A stretch of DNA of 63,998 nucleotides, the filler included, from Thraustochytrium aureum (Eukaryota): NCBI GenBank assembly GCA_012862495.1. It is 6 parts of 3 records of this genome, joined end to end, with 100 filler letters (N's around TTAATTAATTAA, not from the genome) between each part and the next. Parts side by side here need not be neighbours in the genome. Positions count along the whole stretch, not along the records: positions 34,492 to 48,874 come from BLSG01000377.1; positions 48,975 to 62,458 come from BLSG01000378.1; 4 more parts are not named here. The stretch is one strand, 5' to 3'. The notes beneath the pieces are model-generated. The model worked only from the letters and a program-made list of their open reading frames with translations. It was not told the origin of the DNA and did no database searches. Numbering within the stretch: position 1 is the first letter of the stretch; each line of letters starts with the position of its first letter. A program made the translations under genes and the position numbers. Of this stretch, positions 46,056-56,354 are shown in pieces.

Positions 46056-48379
46056 ATGAAGGGCGAGTTTACGTCGCAGTTTAGACCGCGCTATCAAAGG
46101 AATAACAAGCGCACCGGGCAGAAGAACATCAGGTGCTTCCCGAGCTGCACGGAGCGGGCGCACCAGTCGAGCGGGTTTTGCGGCCAGGTGCTCTCTGTCA
46201 ACATCAATGGGCTCGCCGAGCTTGGCCCCAACCAAGTGCTCCGCAGCTGGGGTGAGTTTATTCAGTGCGGGAGCGATGAGGTGTCTCTCGCTGGGTCAAC
46301 CATGACGCTGCCGGAGGCCATCCTCAAAGAGCGGTCCCGCACCGAGCCGCTGCGGCCCTGGATGCGGGGAGAGATCGGCGAACTGCAAGACGGCCAGGTC
46401 GAGATCGTGTTTAACCGGCAGTTGCTTGGGTGGCACTACGACTGGACGTCGACCAAGCACACGTGCGACTCGTTCCACTCGTTCAAGGCCCACGTGTTTG
46501 TTCTGGACCAGCCGTCGGGGCGTCTCGCCTACGTGGGGAGCGTCTTGTCGCCCCAGTTCCAGTTGTACAGCCGCCGCCGGCAGCAGCAAATGTACGAGCA
46601 GCGCATCGCCGAGGAGGCAGCGGCCGCCGCTGCTGCGGCATCCGCAGCCGCTGGCGGCGGCGCGTTCGGCGCTCTGGCTGCAGGTGCAACGAACGCGCTG
46701 GTTGGACAGCCGTTCCCCAAAATGGGTGCAAAGCGCGCCGCGTCTGGCCCCCCGCTCGGGGTGCCCCCGCAAAAGCAGCTTTTGGCGGACTCTGACCAGA
46801 TCAAGNNNNNNNNNNNNNNNNNNNNNNNNNNNNNNNNNNNNNNNNNNNNNNNNNNNNNNNNNNNNNNNNNNNNNNNNNNNNNNNNNNNNNNNNNNNNNNN
46901 NNNNNNNNNNNNNNNNNNNNNNNNNNNNNNNNNNNNNNNNNNNNNNNNNNNNNNNNNNNNNNNNNNNNNNNNNNNNNNNNNNNNNNNNNNNNNNNNNNNN
47001 NNNNNNNNNNNNNNNNNNNNNNNNNNNNNNNNNNNNNNNNNNNNNNNNNNNNNNNNNNNNNNNNNNNNNNNNNNNNNNNNNNNNNNNNNNNNNNNNNNNN
47101 NNNNNNNNNNNNNNNNNNNNNNNNNNNNNNNNNNNNNNNNNNNNNNNNNNNNNNNNNNNNNNNNNNNNNNNNNNNNNNNNNNNNNNNNNNNNNNNNNNNN
47201 NNNNNNNNNNNNNNNNNNNNNNNNNNNNNNNNNNNNNNNNNNNNNNNNNNNNNNNNNNNNNNNNNNNNNNNNNNNNNNNNNNNNNNNNNNNNNNNNNNNN
47301 NNNNNNNNNNNNNNNNNNNNNNNNNNNNNNNNGTCATGGAGGCGCTGAGCTCCCTGGGGGGCGACTTGGACGACTTTCTGGCCCCGATGGAGCTGGCAGC
47401 CAAGTACAGGCTGCTGAACGCAGACCCCTTTTACCCGCCGAGCCGGCGTGTCGCGGCAATGACGCACCTTCAACTTTACGGGAGCTTGAGCGAGTTCGCG
47501 CGCCAGGACTTTGGGAGCCGCAAGAGCAAGTTTAGCGGCGAGCCGGAGCGACTCGAGTGGGTCAGCGCATACTGGAAGGTCCGGCGAAAGGTCTTCCGCC
47601 GGTTGATTGTGAACCGCATCATTGAGGAGCGCCGCGGCGTCTCGCTGCCGAAGAATGTGCCCCCGATCGACTCCAGGTTTGACATAAGCGGGGTTTGGTT
47701 CAACTGCACCGCCCAAGAGCACTCCAAGGTGCTGGTGCACCTCACGAAAAAGGTTGGCATGTCCATGGGCGACATGTCCGCGCGCCTCTTCGAGACGATG
47801 TGGAAGCGCGTCGAGATCAAGATGAACCGCGATGCGATGCACGTCCAGGGCGAGCGCGTGCTGCTCGCCAACCCGAGCATGGTCTACATGCTGGACAAGC
47901 GGCCGCACCGGTTCACGCTGCCCAACCCGCTGCCGATCTCGGCCTGGAACTTGGACCGCACGTACGTGGCTTGGATCAGCGAGGAGCGCGGCCGCTGCTA
48001 CATAAATGTCGTCAACGGCGGCCCAACGCGGGCCTCGCACGTCAACGAGTACCTGACCAGCCAGTCCGTCTCGAGCGAGGTCGCCTCTGCTTCGGAGAAC
48101 GAGACGATGGAGCGGCTCAAGAGCAACGCGGAGGTGCGCCTTGCGAAGCGGTATTGGATCGCCCCAGACCGCGAGACGCTCTACATGTCCAACAGGATTC
48201 ACTTTTTCGGGATCGAAAGCGCGCCTAGTTTTGACGACTTTGTCGCGGTGGAGAAGCTCTGCTCTCCCGGACTCGACTCGGAGGTGGCCTACCACACGGC
48301 CAAGCACATTCGCGTCTACGACAGCCCAGACCTCCCAGACGACTTGCTCGACCTTCTTGTCACCCCGTCCTGTTCATGA
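46056..48379 (+). CDS. Uncharacterised putative transcription factor B, paralogue of 42057-44993; internal gap
   Basis: ATG 46056 MKGEFTSQF..RYQRNNKRTGQKNIRCFPSC...H....FCG...VFNRQLLGWHY.W.S.KH.C...SPQFQLYSRRR; post-gap part DPFYPP...HLQLYG...QDFGSR...FDISGVW. Confidence 0.75.
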
Positions 48380-49487
48380 CAGGGCGCGAGCGGCTGGCTG
48401 CACTTATTTAAATTATAAAAATGCCGCGTCTGTGAATTCCGCGTCTGTGCTTGTTTCGCTGTTTCGCCCGCGTCGCTTCTGCAGCGAGACAGGCGAGTGC
48501 TTGGTCGTAGGTACTTTGTTTTCCCCACAGCCCGAGCCCACAGTCATCTTGCCTCGTTTTGTACTTGGTTTATTTCTCTTTGCGCGAGCTCGATCGAAAG
48601 CGCTCGTGACTTGGCGCGCGTGGCTGGCATGCAGTTTGTTCGAAGGCGGCGCGCGCGCTGCGAATCAAGCCCAATTATTAATAGTTGTTTGTGTGGCATG
48701 GTGGCATTGTTTGGTTGGTGGCATGGCATGGCAAGTTTGTGGCGTTGTTCATACAAAAATCGCCGTGTCATTCGAGCCCGCGTGGGTCCGCGTTGGGGCG
48801 TAAACAGTTCACCGCCGCCGTGACCGGCCGTGGTGCCCCCAACGGTGCAATCGACTGTGCACTGGCAACCCAGTNNNNNNNNNNNNNNNNNNNNNNNNNN
48901 NNNNNNNNNNNNNNNNNNTTAATTAATTAANNNNNNNNNNNNNNNNNNNNNNNNNNNNNNNNNNNNNNNNNNNNGGCGCGCCCGAGGATCTTCCAGACGC
49001 CGCACCTTGCGACTAGGCCAACCGTCCCCGCACGCTCTCCGTCCGCTCTTCACCCAGGCGCCTTGCCGCTCGTTGGACCGCGCCGGACCCCGCGCAGGCG
49101 GGGCCTTTCGTTGCATCTACCGCGCTCTGTCCCGTACGGCCGTGCCACCTGCGCGAGGCTGCACGCGACCTCGGGCAGGCAGCGCGTCGAACAGCCTGCC
49201 AGGACGCTGGGTCCCGTAGGAGCCGCGGGAAAACGAAGGGTAGGGCTAGGGTTGGGCCGCTGCTGGGCTGGGGAGATGCAATGGGTGGAAAGGAGGAGGT
49301 CGGACGGTGTCATGTGGTTTTGGTGTGGGGCTGAGGGTCTACCGAGGGCGGTGGGGGTTGAGGAGGGGGTGCGCCGGAGGGCGGTGAGCGGCAGAGCGCG
49401 AGTGGCAAGCGGCACGCACAGGCTCAGGCAGGCAGGCAGGCAGGAGGCAGGCAGGCAGAGGAGGGTGCTCGAGCAGCGGCAGGAAGG

Positions 49488-50135
49488 ATGAAGACGCTCA
49501 CGGCTTCGCGCCTGGTCAAGGTGCCCGAGGGTGGTAAGTTGCGGGATGGCGGTCGAGGTGAGGCCTGGGGACGGCGGGGCGGCGGCTGACGGAGCGGCCG
49601 GGTTGGTGGCGCAGTTGAGGTCACCGTCAAGGCACGCCAGGTTGTCGTCAAGGGCCCGCGTGGCGAGCTTCAGCGCGACTACCGCCACCAGGCCGTGGAG
49701 ATCACCCTGATCGATGAGCAGACCATCAAGGTCGAGAAGTTTTTCGGCCTCAAGAAGCAGCTCGCTTCCATCCGCTCGATCTGCGCCAGCATCACCAACA
49801 TGATCACCGGCGTCACCAAGGGCTTCCGCTTCAAGATGCGCCTCGTCAGTGCGCATTTCCCCATCAACGCCGTGATCAACGGCGACAAGGATGTGGAGAT
49901 CCGCAACTTTCTCGGCCAGAAGCGCGTGTTCCGTGTCAAGATGCTTGCTGACACCACCATCACCAAGTCGACCAAGGTCAAGGACCAGCTCGAGCTCGAG
50001 GGCAACGACCTCGACGCTGTCTCGCAGTCCGCTGCGGATATCCAGCAGAAGTGCAAGGTGCGCAACAAGGACATCCGGAAGTTTCTCGACGGTGTCTACG
50101 TTTCGCACAAGGGGCCCATCGAGGACGACGAGTAA
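49488..50135 (+). CDS. RPL9: 60S ribosomal protein L9 (uL6); intron 49534-49614
   Basis: MKTL...VPEG/VEV...VKGPRGEL, NMITGVTKGF, AHFPIN, IRNFLGQK, DIRKFLDGVYVS. Confidence 0.97.
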
Positions 50136-50714
50136 TTGCCTACCTACCGAACCTTTTCCCCTATTCGCTGCCTGTCACGCCGGCGCCCGCCGCAGAGCTC
50201 GCTCACTCGCTTGCTGCGCCCCCCCGACGCTGTGGCGCCTTGCCTCAATCGAATCAAACGGGCCGGCACGACTCTGCTTGTGACGCAGCGCGTTCGACGT
50301 CCGTCCGCCTTCGATCACGCGTCAGTCCGCAGACAGGCCGAAAGAAGCCCTAGTACTTGCTTTGCGAACAGCAAGCCGCCCCGCAACGGCCTTGACCCCA
50401 TGCACGGTCTCGTCGAAAGCCAAGCTTGTGCTTTCCTCTGGAGCGCAACAAGCGTGGCAGGCCGTGGTCCCGTGCCCAGCATCGGCAATGCCCGCTTTCC
50501 CCACTCCCGTCCGCCCGAAGAGAGAGCGCACTGCTGTTTGCAGACACCCAACGTACACAGCTCCGAACGTCGCCCAAATTGCATCAACGCTCCACATCAT
50601 CAGCAGGCCCAGCACACCTGCATCGCAAGCGGCCCTCCACGCACACACGCACGCACGCGAGCGCATCGGCGCGCGCTTAGGCTTGTCGCGGCGCCCCCGG
50701 CGGGAGTCGGCGCC

Positions 50715-51451
50715 ATGGTAGTGGTAAGTGCTCGCCGGGGATTTGGCCGCCGGGCTGGATGAGCGAGGTGTGCAGTTTGCGCGGAATCCCGCCCACGTGC
50801 CACGGGAGCCTCTGGGGCTGACGCGAGGCCTCGGCGGCGCTGCTCGACCGCGCAGATATGTCTCGGCCCTGTGTGCATCCCGATCTACGCGCTGCTCCCG
50901 GTACTCATGGCGGTCTGGTACCGCGTCAAGGCGCAAGTGACAGCGTGGTGGACCGGTGAGCCTGTCCCCGAGATGGACTGCTCCGACGGGGTCTGCAAGC
51001 TCCGGTCTGACCAAGCCGGCCCAGCGGAGCCGGCGAGGCAAGTGAGCCGGGCGCTCCCGAGCCAAGGACCGGGCCCGCGGGCACCCCGGCGGCGCTTTGG
51101 CCGACGCCGACCGCGACCGTCGAAGAACTCAAAACGGAGTCGGAGTTCCGCGAGCTCGTGGAGGCGACCAAGGACGGCCGCGTGCTCTGCGTCGACTTCA
51201 CCGCCACGTGGTGCGGGCCTTGCAAGAGGATCAAGCCCCTCTACGAGGAGCTCTGCCGAGAGACGAACGTTTCGGCCAACAAGATCAAGTTTGTCACCGT
51301 CGACGTGGACGAGCTCGACGATGTCATGCAGAGCTGCAAGGTGGTCGCCATGCCGACCTTTATGATTTTCCAGGGCGGGGCGCAGGTCGACAAGACAACC
51401 GGTGCCAAGGACGCCGAGCTGCGCAACATGGTCGAGCGGTACGCCAAGTAG
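50715..51451 (+). CDS. Thioredoxin with N-terminal hydrophobic anchor; intron 50724-50855; frameshift in linker
   Basis: Micro-exon ATGGTAGTG/GTAAGT gives MVV/ICLGPVCIPIYALLPVL; Trx domain VDFTATWCGPCKRIKP, VDVDE, AMPTF. Confidence 0.85.
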
Positions 51452-51627
51452 TGGCGCGCTGCGCGGCGGGCGGAGAATAGCAACGCCCCCAGAAGGCGAG
51501 CGCCCCGCCAAGGGCCGTAGAAGCCCTCCTCGCGAGGTCGGGGCGTCCGGCTAGCTAAGTACAAGGGTGCGTTTGTCTTTCTCTCGGCTCGGACCTAGCG
51601 TCCGGCGCTGGCCACGCGGCGCTTCGA

Positions 51628-53628
51628 TCAGTCCAGTTCAAATATCTCCTTGCTCCGCAGCTCAAGCCGGCTCTGCGATACTGGCGCTTCGGCAGCAGCT
51701 GCCGCATGCCGGGCCGTCGTTGAGTGAGGCTCGGGCGCTACCCGGGGCTGAGGCGCGCCAACAACAGGCGGAACGTCCAAGTAGTACCCCAAGCCTTGCC
51801 CACCAAGCTTGAAGACGTACCCGCTGCGCCTGCCACTGAAACAGTTCGCTTGTACAAAGCCCTCTTCCGCTCCTGCAGAACTGTCGTCCTCGGCGGCGGC
51901 TGCGGCGGCGGCGTCGATCTCAGCTTGGGCTTCGTTGGCGGGCAGCGGGGCAGCTGCACCTGAGGTCGCGTCGGTCTGCGCGCTCTCGGCCAACGCCACT
52001 TCCGCCTCAACCTGTTCGGGTTGGTTGTCCTCCGCCCTGGGGAGCGGCAGCTTGGCCGCCTCGCGCGCCGCTTCGATGATTTCCCGGAGCTGCCGCTCTG
52101 CAGCCTCGGCGGGCGTCTCGTCTTCAGCTGCTGCAGAGCCTTCCGCAGAAGCGGCAACCCAACGCTCGTGCTCCAACGCGGACTCCTTGGTACCGTCGTT
52201 CGTCTTGGCCGGGCTCGAACCTGCGGAATGGCTGCCCGTCGAGCTCGGCACTCCAACAGCGGCAGCAGGGTCCGCGTCCCGGAGCTCTTGGATGAGCGAC
52301 GGGCGATCGGCTCTGGCTGGGGCTGCCGGGGCGCACCGACCGGGTCCGTGTTCCGGGGCCGCCTCGGCAGCCGCCTCGGCAGCCGGCGAGTCTGTTTCGG
52401 GCCGCTCCGGGACCGACCGCGGGTTGGGGTTCAGCAACGCGTCTGGTAGATGCGGTCGAAGAGGCAAAACTACCTCAAGGATCCTCGAGGCTTTGTCGAA
52501 CTTGGCCGAACCGCGCTCCTCGTCCACGGGGTACGGGAGCGCGAGCTCAAGCCTGTACTCGGCTGGCGCTTCGCTCGTCGTTGCTAGCTTGAGGGCTAAT
52601 TCCGAGGTCTCGATGTCCAGGAACTTGGCTGACTTGATCTTGGGCACCTGAATCCGGACGACGAGCTCCTTTGGCCGCTTCGAGGCTGACGCAAGGGCAG
52701 CGCCATTGCTCGACTCGACAAAGTCGGACAAGTCGATCTGCCCGCGGTGGACGATGCGGTAGTCGGGCTCGTTCGCTGGCTTGGTCTTGACATCCGCCAC
52801 GGCTTGCGGAGCGGCGCCAGAGTCTCCAGCACACTTTTCTTCGGCCTGCTGGCGAGCTGCAGAGCCTCCATCTGCTTCAGCAGCAGAAGCAGCACCAGCA
52901 GCAGAGTCTCCGCCCTTTCTCGGCATTTGCATCACGGCGGGCGTGCCGCCGATGCACGAGACACCGCGAAGCACTCGCGCAGACCCGCGCTCGAGCTTGA
53001 CTGTGCTGCTCATAACTTCCTTGATGCGAGACTCCACGGCATCCACGGCGGTGTCAATCAGCATCTTCTGGAACCGCGGGTCCTTGAACGCGCGCCCCAC
53101 CGTCTCAGGGTGCATGGCAAAGTCAAAGGTGGGATGGGGCGTCCCTGTCTTGTCATTTTCGTGCCGCATTGGACCGAGAGAAAAGGGAAGGCTCCACGCA
53201 ATGCCCTTGTCCTTGCGCTGCGGCGCAGCCGGTTCCACCTCCTTCGCCGCGCACACGTTGATGAAGAGCTTGCCGGCGCTCTTGAGCTTGGCGCTCCCCG
53301 CGGACTCGGGTTCGAGCCGCTTGAGCTTCACGCAAAACCCCGCGGTAGGGCGCACTAGCTGCATGTTGCCCGGGACCTTGTTCTCCTTCTCCAGCTGCGC
53401 AAGGTACGCCTCGTGCTCCGCGCGGTGCCGCGGGTCAGAGATCTCGTCCATATACTCCTTCATCAGCTTGGTAAACTCGGGCCGCTTCATCGCGCTGGCA
53501 AAGCTGTCCTGCTCCTCCTTGGACAGCTTGAGCTTGGTGTCGTTGTGCTGCATCGCCGCTTCCAGATAGGCGTTGAAAACCTCGTCGGGAAGCTCGGACG
53601 GCTTGGCCGTCGCAACTCCGTCCCTCAT
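51628..53628 (-). CDS. DNAAF2: Protein kintoun / dynein axonemal assembly factor 2 (PIH1 + CS domains)
   Basis: PEFTKLMKEYMDEISDP..RAE.EAYL.QLE, P.AGFCVK, KLFINVC, WSLPFSL, RPKELVVRI, LPYPVDEERGSAKFDK, GYVFKLGGQGLGYYLD. Confidence 0.92.
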   Translation of the reverse strand: MRDGVATAKPSELPDEVFNAYLEAAMQHNDTKLKLSKEEQDSFASAMKRPEFTKLMKEYMDEISDPRHRAEHEAYLAQLEKENKVPGNMQLVRPTAGFCVKLKRLEPESAGSAKLKSAGKLFINVCAAKEVEPAAPQRKDKGIAWSLPFSLGPMRHENDKTGTPHPTFDFAMHPETVGRAFKDPRFQKMLIDTAVDAVESRIKEVMSSTVKLERGSARVLRGVSCIGGTPAVMQMPRKGGDSAAGAASAAEADGGSAARQQAEEKCAGDSGAAPQAVADVKTKPANEPDYRIVHRGQIDLSDFVESSNGAALASASKRPKELVVRIQVPKIKSAKFLDIETSELALKLATTSEAPAEYRLELALPYPVDEERGSAKFDKASRILEVVLPLRPHLPDALLNPNPRSVPERPETDSPAAEAAAEAAPEHGPGRCAPAAPARADRPSLIQELRDADPAAAVGVPSSTGSHSAGSSPAKTNDGTKESALEHERWVAASAEGSAAAEDETPAEAAERQLREIIEAAREAAKLPLPRAEDNQPEQVEAEVALAESAQTDATSGAAAPLPANEAQAEIDAAAAAAAEDDSSAGAEEGFVQANCFSGRRSGYVFKLGGQGLGYYLDVPPVVGAPQPRVAPEPHSTTARHAAAAAEAPVSQSRLELRSKEIFELD

Positions 53629-54193
53629 CCTGGCCAGCCCACGCGCTCTCGCAGCCCTGCCTAGCTGCCTGGCTGCCTGGCTGTCTGGCTGGCTGCCTGG
53701 ATGGTCCAGTCCCAAGCCCCTCCGCTGCCGGCTCTGCAGCTCGATGCGTGCTGCTCGCCCGCCGTTCGTTCGTTGCGCGTCTGCCTGTCCCTCTCGCTCT
53801 CTCTCTGCCTGCCCGCGTCCCAACCGGTCAAGCACCGAGTGAGAATCCGCGCCACCTTACGCGCTTAGTTTTCTAACACATGGATTGAAAAGAGGACGCT
53901 AAAAGTGCCCCTGGCGTTTGCTCGCAATGTTCCACGGGAGAAGCAAGGAATTGTTCGTTATGGCTTGGCCGCCGCCAGTCAGTCTTGCATGTGTCGCGCG
54001 CAGTGGCGGACGGGCAACGCGTGCGATTGCGGTCAGGCAGGCCGGCTGGAGGCAGGCGGGCGGGCAGGCTGTGCGGTTGTGGCCGCCGCGGGTTCCGCTG
54101 GCGTCTGCTTGATTGGCTCGTTTCGGGTTTGCCAGTGTGCTATAGTCGTGATCCACCAACACACCTCGTGAGCGACGACGACCTGTTGACGCA

Positions 54194-55042
54194 ATGGACG
54201 TCACCGCTCTTCGTGGCGACGGTAGACGCGGACACGAGGTGCGGAGGATCGATTGCGCGTTTGGCGTGCTGGATGACTGCGATGGGTCGGCGCTGCTGAC
54301 GCAAGGGCTGACGAAAGTGATCGCCACGGTGAACGGGCCACGCGAAGTTGCACGCAAGACAGAGTAAGTGGGAGCGCGCCAGAGGCGATCGGGGCCGCGG
54401 CCATCGCGTGCGCTAGAGTTGTGCTAGTTGTGATGCGGCGGGGTGCGTGCTGACCATACGCTCGCGCGGCGTAGGGCGATGCACGACCGCGCAATCGTGC
54501 GATGCGAAGTCTCGCAAGCAGCGTTCAGCACGACGGAGCGGCGCCGGCGGCGCGCCGGCGACCGCAAGGCCACGGGCATTGCCGCGTTCGTGGAGGAGAC
54601 GTTCACGCACGTGATTCAGACAACCTTGTTCAAGAAGTGCGAAATAGACATTACGCTCCATGTGCTCCAGGCCGATGGCGGCGTCGTGCCCGCCTGCATC
54701 AATGCCACCGCCCTTGCGCTCACGCACGCAGGGATCCCTATGGTAGACCTTGTGACCTGCTGCTCTATCGGATTTGCAGATGGCACGATGATGCTCGACC
54801 TCAACCACCAGGAGGAGTCTTCTGGTGGACCGCAGCTCTTGCTGACGCTAATGCCCCGCACCTCGCAGGTGCTGACCCTCAAAATGGAGACGCGGTCGTC
54901 ACGCGTCAACACGACGTTGCTGGACAAGATGGTGCAGGAGGCGCAGGTGGGCTGCCACCTCATCAACAAAATTCTCGACGCCAAGCTGCGCGAGATGGTC
55001 GCAGACGCACTCCGAGCGAGGCAAGCCGCTGACGTCCAGTAG
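54194..55042 (+). CDS. RRP41: Exosome complex component RRP41 (RNase PH family); intron 54364-54474
   Basis: LRGDGRR..EVR, DGSALLTQGLTKVIATVNGPRE, AFSTTERR, IDITLHVLQADGG, INATALALTHAGIPM. Confidence 0.93.
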
Positions 55043-56354
55043 CTGGGCGTGGCAGATCCTTTGATGTCCAGTAGAAGCGCTTCATGAGCGCGGCGATCTC
55101 GCCGACGAGTTCCAGGGGCGCTCACCGACGGCGCACCTCGTGCTCTTGTGGAACCAATAGCAGCTACTCCGTGCTTTTACCAACCATTCGTACGTCACGT
55201 CGCATCGACGGCTGCCTGCCAAGGAGTCGTGTTTCTTGCCCGGTGTCAGTTTCGCCTGCCAGCGCCAAAAATGAATTTCGATCCTGCCGTCGAGCGAAAA
55301 TCAGCAACGAAGGCCGCTCCACTCTTTGGAAAATCTTTCTACTAGTTTCAACCGGTGCCACGCACCACCCAGGGTGGAGAAGAATCGTTCGGAGACCGGG
55401 GTGCATCGAAATGCCAGTCCTTCGCCTTCGCCCCGTTGCGCTGCAGAACGGTTTGACAACCAGCATACCAAAAAACCATTCATAGAAAAAACGATTGCAA
55501 GCAAGCGCGCTCACCCCTTGAGCGCCCGTCCTGGCTGACCATCATTCGCCACGAAACTGCTTTGTCGCGGTGCGGTCGCGAGCAAACTACTTCGTGGGCT
55601 CTTTTGTCGCGGTGCGGTCACGGCACACGATCGACATCCCGGGCAGCGACCGACCCGTCTCCGAAAACAGGACAGAAACCAAACCCGCCAATCCATCAAC
55701 CTATCGGTATCTCCAGAGCAGCCAAGCACGCGGCCCCCCGCGGTCGTCCCGCGGAGCATCGTCCACGCCGATCGCCGGCAGCGGTGCAAACGCGCAAGTC
55801 GACCGCCTTTGCCCGCCCACGACCGTGCTCAGCTGACCTCGAAGTATCCTCTGTAGTATCTTCGAGATGGTCAAAAGCAAACGGCAGCGTCGCAGCAGCA
55901 GACAGTACCGCTCGCTGGCCAGCCGCGGGCGTCTGTGCGCGGGCGCTCGGGGCGATCGGCGTGCGTTACTGCGTCGGATCTCGCGGGGCCGTGCTTGCCC
56001 GGCTCGCGGGACCCTCGGTCTGTGGCCGGTGCGGATTGCCGGATTGGGTAGCGCAGACAGCAGTGTTCAGCGACGCCAACACGCAACCAACTCTTTACTC
56101 TGCACGTGCCCGGAGAAGGCTTGGCGCTCGAGTTTTTTGAGCGCGACGGCTGAGGCTGGGTTGCGGCGCGTGGCGGGCCGGCCGGCGGAGCTGCGCTGGA
56201 GGCGCTCGGAGCTGGGCTTGCCTTTCGAGCCGACGAGAGTCTCAAAGGCTGTTACGTTGCAGCGGACTGCGCTGACGCGTGCTGTGGCCGGTCTGAGCAG
56301 CCGCTCGCGCGCCGCTGCATTTCGTTCTCCGTTTCTGAAGAAAGCGAGGGCACG

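Noticed and set aside
55090..55510. Possible spliceosomal snRNA (Sm-site-like ATTTTTGG on minus strand; GCTTTTAC resembling U5 loop)
   Set aside because: No match to the invariant U1/U2/U4/U5/U6 sequences in proper context.
55561..55619. Direct repeat TTTGTCGCGGTGCGGTC x2
   Set aside because: Only two copies with no associated feature; likely a local duplication.
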